A DNA stretch of 64,000 bases from Convolutriloba macropyga. Lineage: Eukaryota. A program made the translations under genes and the position numbers. The notes beneath the pieces were generated by a model. That model did no database searches. It had not been told where the DNA came from and worked only from the letters and a program-made list of their open reading frames with translations. Below are positions 37,870 to 64,000 of the stretch, piece after piece (the stretch's first letter is position 1; each line of letters begins with the position of its first letter). Where the stretch lies: positions 19,220,001-19,284,000 of the forward strand of contig NC_134476.1 in the NCBI RefSeq assembly GCF_964194025.1, in the 5' to 3' direction.

Positions 37870-40680
37870 ATTTGGTACCTTTGATGAATCACCAAAATTA
37901 CCAAATAACACATCGGCTACGAATCCTGTTTTAATTGTGCATCCGAAATCAAACTGGATATGCTCCGACCCCAAAAGTATTATCCCAGGAATATATCGAA
38001 AGCTCAATTTGGGAAGATGATATAAAAAAATTCAATATGAAGTAAAACACTTCAGCAGAGTTTTTAGAAATTATTAAACTCAGTTCTGTTGATCATATGC
38101 AATTGAATTTTTAGAGCTTGATATTATTAAATAAGATAACCGGTACATAAAAACCAATTGACGTGTAATCGGCAAAAAAATATTTTTTTCTATTGTCCAG
38201 TATAATTTGTGCAATAAAAGTCTCTTCTAAGGAGAAATTTCATTCGGAAAGAAGGTATTAAATTCCATTAGGTATAATTTAGTTCATTTAGTGATCCTTT
38301 GATGTTTGAATACAAGTATCTTTTTTGTTCAATAATGGATTCGCTTTTTAGATCAATCTTTTATCAATTATAAGTTTCTCACCACATGAAAACATAATAC
38401 AAAATTTGTTCAAATAGCTTGTCTGCTAATTTTCAATCAAATCTTTGGATCCGCACAGTCAGTTCAAAACTTACATTCTAATTTCTGAGCCTTGATTTTT
38501 TTTAAAAATAAACAAAAAGCTGAGATGGAATCAAATTTTACTCCTTTGCAAGTAATCGACATTTAGTCACTGTTGTAATTTGTGTAACACGACAAATACA
38601 ACTTGTGTTTATGTGTTCTAATGCTTACACCAAAGTTGGCAAATAAAACATCGGTTAACATTTCGGTTTAAACTGTGCATCAGGTGATACCATAGGAAGA
38701 TATCGAACTCACTATTGGGGAAGCTGCAACAATAAACTCAAGAGGGAGTAAAACGTTTCAGCAAAAAATTTGAAAATTATCAAACTCAGTTCTGCAGAGC
38801 ACTTTCAATTAATTGATTAAAACAGGATGTCTTTAGATATGATTATCGGTACAGAAAAATTAGTCGATATGTATTCGCTGAAATATTAACTTTATTGATT
38901 GTTATCTATATTTTTGGGAAATAAAAATCTCTTCCGCGGGAAATATCAAACGGTAATGCGCTACTATATTCCTTATGGTATTTTTTTCAGTTAGTGATCC
39001 TTGAAGAAATCAAAGTTCAGAAGCTGGAATGTAGATTGTGAACCAACTCTGAGGAACAAAAGCAGGTGATTGAAAACTAGCCAACAACCTATTTGAACAA
39101 AATTGTGTATTATGTTTTTATGTGACGAGAAACTTATAATTGGTGAAAAATTGATTAAAATTATAAATTCCGTAATGAAAAAAAGGTAGTTTTAGTCAGA
39201 CAAATGTCATACGGAGATACAGTACTATATTCCATATTGTGTAATTTAGTTCATTTAGTGGTCCTTTGATGTCTGACCACGAGTATTTTTTTGTTGATCA
39301 TTACGCATTCACACTTTAAATCAATTTTTCATCGATTAAACGTTTCTGGCCACATAAAACAAAAATACATAATTTGTTCAAATAAATTTTCCGCCAATTT
39401 TTAGTCACCTGACTTTTTCTCACCAATTCGGTTCACAAACTACATTCTAGCTTCTAAGCTTTGATTTCTTCAAAGGACCACTAAATGAAATAAATTTTAC
39501 CACAAGGAATATAGTAGCGCTTTACCGTTTGACAATTCAACCTAAAAAAGAATTTGATCGCCCAAATTATACAGATAACAATAAATAAAATAAAATATAT
39601 TTCACGAGTTACACAGCAAACAAATTTTATGTATTGGTTATTATATCTAACATTATCAAGTTTTAATATGTAAATGTAAAAGATCAACAGAACCGAGTTT
39701 ATTAAGATTCAAAATTTCGGCTGAAATGTTTTAATTCATGCTGAATGTATTGTTTTCAGCTTCCCGAACTGTGAGTTCGATATCTTCCTATGATATCACT
39801 TGATCCAAAGTTGAAACTGGATTGGTAGTCGATGTTTCATTAGCCAACTTTGGTGTAAGTATTACATGATCACAAACTGTAATTGTGGTGTTACACAAAT
39901 TACAACAGTGACTAAATGTCAATTACTCGCAAAGGAGTATAATCTGGTTTCATATCAGCTATTTGTTTATATTTTGAAAAAGGAGGCTCAGAAATTAGAA
40001 TGTAAATTTTGAACCGACTTTGTGGAACAAAAGATTTGATTGAAAATTAGCAGACAAGCTATTTGAACAAACTATGTATTATGTTTTCATGTGGCGATAA
40101 ACTTATAATTGATAAAAGATTGATCTAAAAATTGAATCCAGTAACGAACAAAAAAGATACTTGCATTCAGACATCAAATGATAACTAAATGAACTAAATT
40201 ACACCTAATGGAAATAATACCTTATTCCGGAATGAAATTTCCCCTTAGAAGAGACTTTTATTGCACAAATTATACTGGAAAACAAAAAAAAATATTTTTT
40301 TGCCGATTACACGTCAATCGGTTTTTATGTACTGGTTATCTTATTCAAAAATATCAAGCTCTAAAAATTTAATTGCATATGATCAACAGAACTGAGTTGA
40401 ATAATTTTTAAAAGATCTGCTGAAGTGTTTTACTTCATATTGAATTTTTTTATTTCATCTTCCCGAATTGAGCTTTCGATATATTCCTGGGATAATACTT
40501 TTGGGGTCGGAGCATATCCAGTTTGTTGATTTCGGGTAGCCGGGGAGCCAATGTTGATAGAGTGGTCTGGAAAACTTTCATGCTGTTCTGAGAAGGTCAG
40601 AACTTGATGCGCAATTGAAACAGGATTCGTAGCCGATGTTTTATTTGTTAATTTTGGTGATGCATCAAAGATACCAAAGT
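37870..40680. repeat. Large imperfect palindrome (arms ~37870-39205 and ~39268-40680)
   Basis: 37981-38130 is the reverse complement of 40350-40500; 39001-39050 of 39430-39475; 38570-38640 of 39845-39915. Confidence 0.88.
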
Positions 40681-41049
40681 GTAGATTCATCCGACCAGTC
40701 AATGTTACCAAATCCGTAGTCGTTAGAAAATCGTTTGCTCCTTTTGCTGCTACATCTCTACGATCAGATTTAGTTAGGGCATTCGATGGACAGGGTCAGT
40801 GATCATGTATAACGAGGGATTTACTATAGCGGATGGTGGTTCAGGAATTGATACTGGCGAAGCAATAGATGGGGGTCCCTTGAAGGTCTTCCAAAAAAGT
40901 TTTAAAAAAATTAAAAAATTGTTTATTTTTAAAATCAATTGTTTGCATCTATCTGCAAACATCCACTTTTAGCTTTAGGGTCACGCCAAAACTAGTGAAT
41001 GTATGGTCAGATCTGCTTGATTCTGGCTCTTGATATGTTGGATATTTTG

Positions 41050-41900
41050 ATGAAATAGCCCTTCCTGTTATCATTTTTGTTGCCATCTCATTTTTTGGTC
41101 CTTCTGATAACTGTGAAATCCTTAAATTAAAGGTCTTTGTGATTGTGGAAAATCTCCGGAGGGCTTAAGTTGCCAGCGGAGTGTTTCGTTCCTCACAAGT
41201 ACGGAACTTTGCCACAGAAGAATTTAAGATGCGCGATCACATTCTTTGCCGCACTCCCTCATTAGCAGTGTCGCGAATAGGACTTTCATCACTGTTATTT
41301 TTATATCTGATGCTGTGTACAGCCCCCAAGTTTTCTCTCCGTTCTTCTACATGGTTTAATTTTAATGGTGATATCCAGATTTTGTTGCACGCTGTGATAT
41401 TGAGATGGGTGTTTCCAGATCTGCATTACAAATAAATCTCGATTCGTAGTCCATTGCATCTGCTTCAAGTTTATTGGCCAAAGTACATGCTTCAGTTATG
41501 CATTGATCAACTTCTGCATCACTGCGAGATTTTTCTGCCCAAGCTGTCTCCAGAATTAGATTTTCCTCTCAAAGTGTTTTCGTCTAAATCTAAATTAACT
41601 ATACTATCATATGACAACTGCAATAGTTTTGGTCCTGTGCTGGTATCGCTCAGCGGAGTATGATGTTTTTCTGGTGTATTATGGTATATTCATATGCCGA
41701 AATTGTTATCAATAGCAGAATGACTTGACTGTACCAACAATTTACCGTTTTTTTCTTTTTTATTTTCATACATGAAAACCTACGGTTTAAATGAGCCTTT
41801 ATGCAACGCCGGTTCTTCTGCAATCAGTTGCTAGAGCCCCTATTATAACTTTATTTCCCACACCGTGAATTTAACTATTTTCTTCCAAAAAAAAACAAAA
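41050..41900 (-). mobile_element. Inverted diverged copy of the second Gypsy family's integrase C-terminal region
   Basis: Reverse complement of ~35700-36500 (for example gagtgtttcgttcctc at 41180 vs gaggaaagaaacactc at 36360; plus-strand ORF MRDHILCR vs minus-strand ORF MRDQIPCR). Confidence 0.8.
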
Positions 41901-42880
41901 TTTTGTCCAAAAAAACAAAATTTTGTCCTTATTTGGTCTGTTTCTTTCTATACTAATTTTATTATAATCGCTATTACATTTTGACTTCTCACTGATAACA
42001 TAAAGTGAAAAGAAATTTAACAGAACTTAAAAAAATAGTAGAGCAGCCAAAAGAGTTGAGATTCCTTTGCCTTTATATATAAAAAGATTCGATTAATATT
42101 AAGTTTTCCATAACGTTTCATTTTACACATGAAAGAGAAACTTATAAGACATTAGCAGAGACAGCAAATTTACATTTTTTTAATGACAGAGCAATTAAAA
42201 AGTAGGCCAGCAAAGACCTGACTGACCAAATTAAAGCAAAGAGAGGCAAAATTGGTGACAGAATGTGAAAAGTGCAAGCAAAAAATCTCAATATCAAGGC
42301 ACAATTTTAATCAATATTCTTGTCGCAAACGTCAGACCTCTAAATTTCCCATTACAAAAAGTTTTTGTCCACCCAAAAGACAGTTTGATCAACTTGGATT
42401 GATCTGAGACCACCGTGAATTTAACTATTTTCTTCCAAAAAAAAAACAAAATTTTGTCCAAAAAAACAAAATTTTGTCCTTATTTGGTCTGTTTCTTTCT
42501 ATACTAATTTTATTATAATCGCTATTACATTTTGACTTCTCACTGATAACATAAAGTGAAAAGAAATTTAAAAGAACTTAAAAGAATAGTAGAGCAGCCA
42601 AAAGAGTTGAGATTCCTTTGCCTTCATATATAAAAAGATTCGATTAATATTAAGTTTTCCATAACGTTTCATTTTTAAGACACATGAAAGAGAAACTTAT
42701 AAGACATTAGCAGAGACAGCAAATTTACATTTTTGTAATGACAGAGCAATTAAAAAGTAGGCCAGCAAAGACCTGACTGACCAAATTAAAGCAAAGAGGC
42801 AAAATTGTTGAAAGAATGTGAAAAGTGCAAGCAAAAAATCTCACTATCAATGCACAATTTTAATCAATATTCTTGTCGCA
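41861..42880. repeat. Tandem duplication, period 550 bp
   Basis: caccgtgaatttaactattttcttcc... begins at 41861 and 42411 with near identity for ~470 bp. Confidence 0.9.
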
Positions 42881-44535
42881 AACAACAATTCTTGTCGAAG
42901 TCAACAATCAAAAACGGAGGTTAAAGCTCAAGTCAAAATTGAAGTCATGAACAAACTTGCTTTTTGCTTTAAAAAACCTGTAGAATCTCAATACTCCTCT
43001 TCGAGTCGTAAAAAAAACACGATGTCCCCAATAATAGCCGCTATCGCGGCTATCAAACAAATGTGCTAAGTTCATTTAAATAGCCTCCCTCGTATTCGCA
43101 GCTCTCCATTATAGCGGGCCTATTTTTTTTACAAAAAAGTTGAATTGTATTGGGGTACTGGCGGCCTTTTTTAGATCCGTTCGCACATTTCAACGATTTT
43201 TGAACAAAAATTTATATGATGATTTTGGTCACGCATTGTTGTTTAGTGAAAAAATTATTTGAATTATAGATCAGCGCCAGCGCATGTCCCGTTGCTTTAC
43301 TTATCGAATAAGTTTTTGTTTGGCTTAGTTGACACCTTGTTCAACATTTTACGTTAACTTTTTGACTTCTTTTTAGGCTAGTTTCACTCTTCTCTGATTC
43401 TGCTCAGATTAACTAAATTCACTAGCGCGGCTTCAATTGACGTCATTAGAGGTTATTATTAACTACCAAAAGCAATTATGAAATCTAACGTGAAAAAAAT
43501 ACACCAAATGCTGTGCACTTTTTATTTAATTTTATGTCAACTGCTGCCACTTGAGTTCAGCTGCTGCCATTTGTGAATTATAGAAATTGAGCTCACGCAA
43601 AACCAAAAAGTCAAGCTAGTAAAAAATGACTCGAAAAGTCAAAACGGTCAAAAAAATTTGCATAAAACTTTTAAAATAATTGCTTCAAACTTCGCTCGAG
43701 AGCTATTAAAAACTAAATCAAAATAGAAATGGGATAAACACAAAGTCCAATATTAGATGCCCGCTTCTTATTTTTTCCAAGTTTTAGGGAAAGTCTCTAA
43801 TGCTCTTTGGTATTGACGCTAACATATTTATCCTCTCATTATGAAACAAGAGTATGTCTATTTACAAAATAAGAAAACTTCGTACTTTGAAATTTTGGTT
43901 TTTGAACAACAATCAAACTTTTCCATTTTTGCTGTTCTTTCAATCTCAGTCGTTGTTGTGGGAATCAATGGCGGCCATTTTCCGGCAATCTCCTTCCCAT
44001 GGCGGAGTACTTCCCACGACGGAGTATCGAATTCTTATAGCCACAATAATTCCTATCAAACTTATTGTGCATCTAAAGTTTTGCTTCCACGCTTTATGGA
44101 TAATGTAGCATATGTACGGTGTTCTGAAAATTTGAGGAAAACAGATATCCGAAAAGAGGATATTCAAAATGACAAAACAGAATAATTATGAACAAATATT
44201 CACGTAGACAGGTAATCACACAGCCATCATATAAATTTTAAATTACCACATCATTTCTTATAATAGCAGCCAACTGCAGAAAAAATTCACGAGGGGTCAC
44301 ATGTTCGCTAAATGATTTAAAGCAAGCTAAGTTTACGCATTGACTTGTAAATTTACTTCGAGTTTAAGTCAACTCTCTATTTTCACACGGGAGTTCAGTT
44401 TTCGGATTTACGTGCTTTGAGAGCAAGAGGAAAGACCTCTCTGTAAATACATGGGCACAATAAAGAAAGCCGAAAAAATCCAGTCTATGATAGGTTAATC
44501 GGGTTTCTGTTCCGTCACCTCGACACCTTTATCCA

Positions 44536-44541
44536 TTTATT
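44536..44541 (-). promoter_or_regulatory. Candidate polyadenylation signal AATAAA of PRPF8
   Basis: tttatt on the plus strand, about 125 nt downstream of the PRPF8 stop codon. Confidence 0.5.
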
Positions 44542-44666
44542 TGATAACTTCATCATAGGCTATTTTCAGAATCGGAAGAAATCTAACAGCTGATGCCATA
44601 TCACAATTAAGACAATACTGTTGCAAAAGCAACCAGTGTTCGCAACCAATTTGGCGTAGAAGCAAC

Positions 44667-63392
<18,726 letters not shown>

Positions 63393-64000
63393 CTAAAAAA
63401 AAATCAAATAGAAGTCAACGCAATACGAGCTATTGTTATTCATCATGAGTCTTTTATACTTGATTCTCAAAATACATACTCCTGAACTGAAAACATAGCC
63501 GGCAAATTGCTGGAAAACAGCCGTCGTTGATGCGCTTGATGCACATCGGGCACAAACTATTAAAGCTCAATAATTAAGCTCTTAAGCTCAATAATTAATC
63601 TATTAAGCTCAATAATGGTGCCAGCTAGCAACCGCTTTACTGAGCTTTGATAATGCACTAAGACTTAATGACCCGGCTTTAACGGTCTATAACGTTTCTT
63701 TTGATTTTGTTTTGACATTGACCCTATCACTATATTCCCTGATTGAAAGAGTGAAAGAATTTGAAATCCATTCAGTTGAAACAGTGAGTGAGGTCAGTCA
63801 CAAGTCAAACTTGAAAATCGTGGCCTGAAAAACGTGATCTAAATGTAGAGCGAATTAAAAAAAAACCATCACCGGAAAATGTTCCAGAAAATTGGTAGAA
63901 AATTGATCCTCTTCGCTGACCCAATGAACTTCCTAAACAATTATACAGAACATCTCGAGACAATAACCGGGGAAAAACAGAGAGAACACTGACAAAAACT

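Noticed and set aside
43841-44185. 114-aa plus-strand ORF
   Set aside because: Overlaps a dispersed repeat block (inverted gattgccggaaaatagccgc); no recognisable domain.
63560-63615. Short ttaagctcaataa tandem repeats
   Set aside because: Ordinary intronic micro-duplication.

Overview
AT-rich eukaryotic (animal) genomic DNA with spliceosomal introns, dominated by transposons. The repeat style suggests an acoel flatworm, but that is pattern recognition only. Host genes read from the sequence: (i) a 3-exon, 76-aa two-repeat beta-thymosin/WH2 gene (8342-9268, minus); (ii) the last 15 coding exons of PRPF8/Prp8 (44667-63392, minus, continuing past the window end), one intron being GC-AG; (iii) an intact tRNA-Ser(AGA) antisense in a PRPF8 intron. 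The most striking element is a structurally complete but decayed 9.2-kb Gypsy LTR retrotransposon (12062-21270, minus; LTRs, PBS, PPT, 4-bp TSD). After gag-pol it carries an env-like ORF resembling chuvirus/class III fusion glycoproteins, five palindromic 16-bp motifs, and a further ORF encoding a coiled-coil protein with a C-terminal DnaJ J-domain. Also present: a second decayed Gypsy family amplified as ~1.05-kb and ~2.15-kb tandem units and as a multi-kb palindrome centred near 39,235; a three-ORF LINE with an SGNH/esterase-like first ORF inside a PRPF8 intron; two MITEs with clear TIRs and TSDs; a tRNA-derived SINE family; a hairpin-ended dispersed repeat; and a ~2.5-kb decayed coding relic at 0.7-3.2 kb that may be viral.
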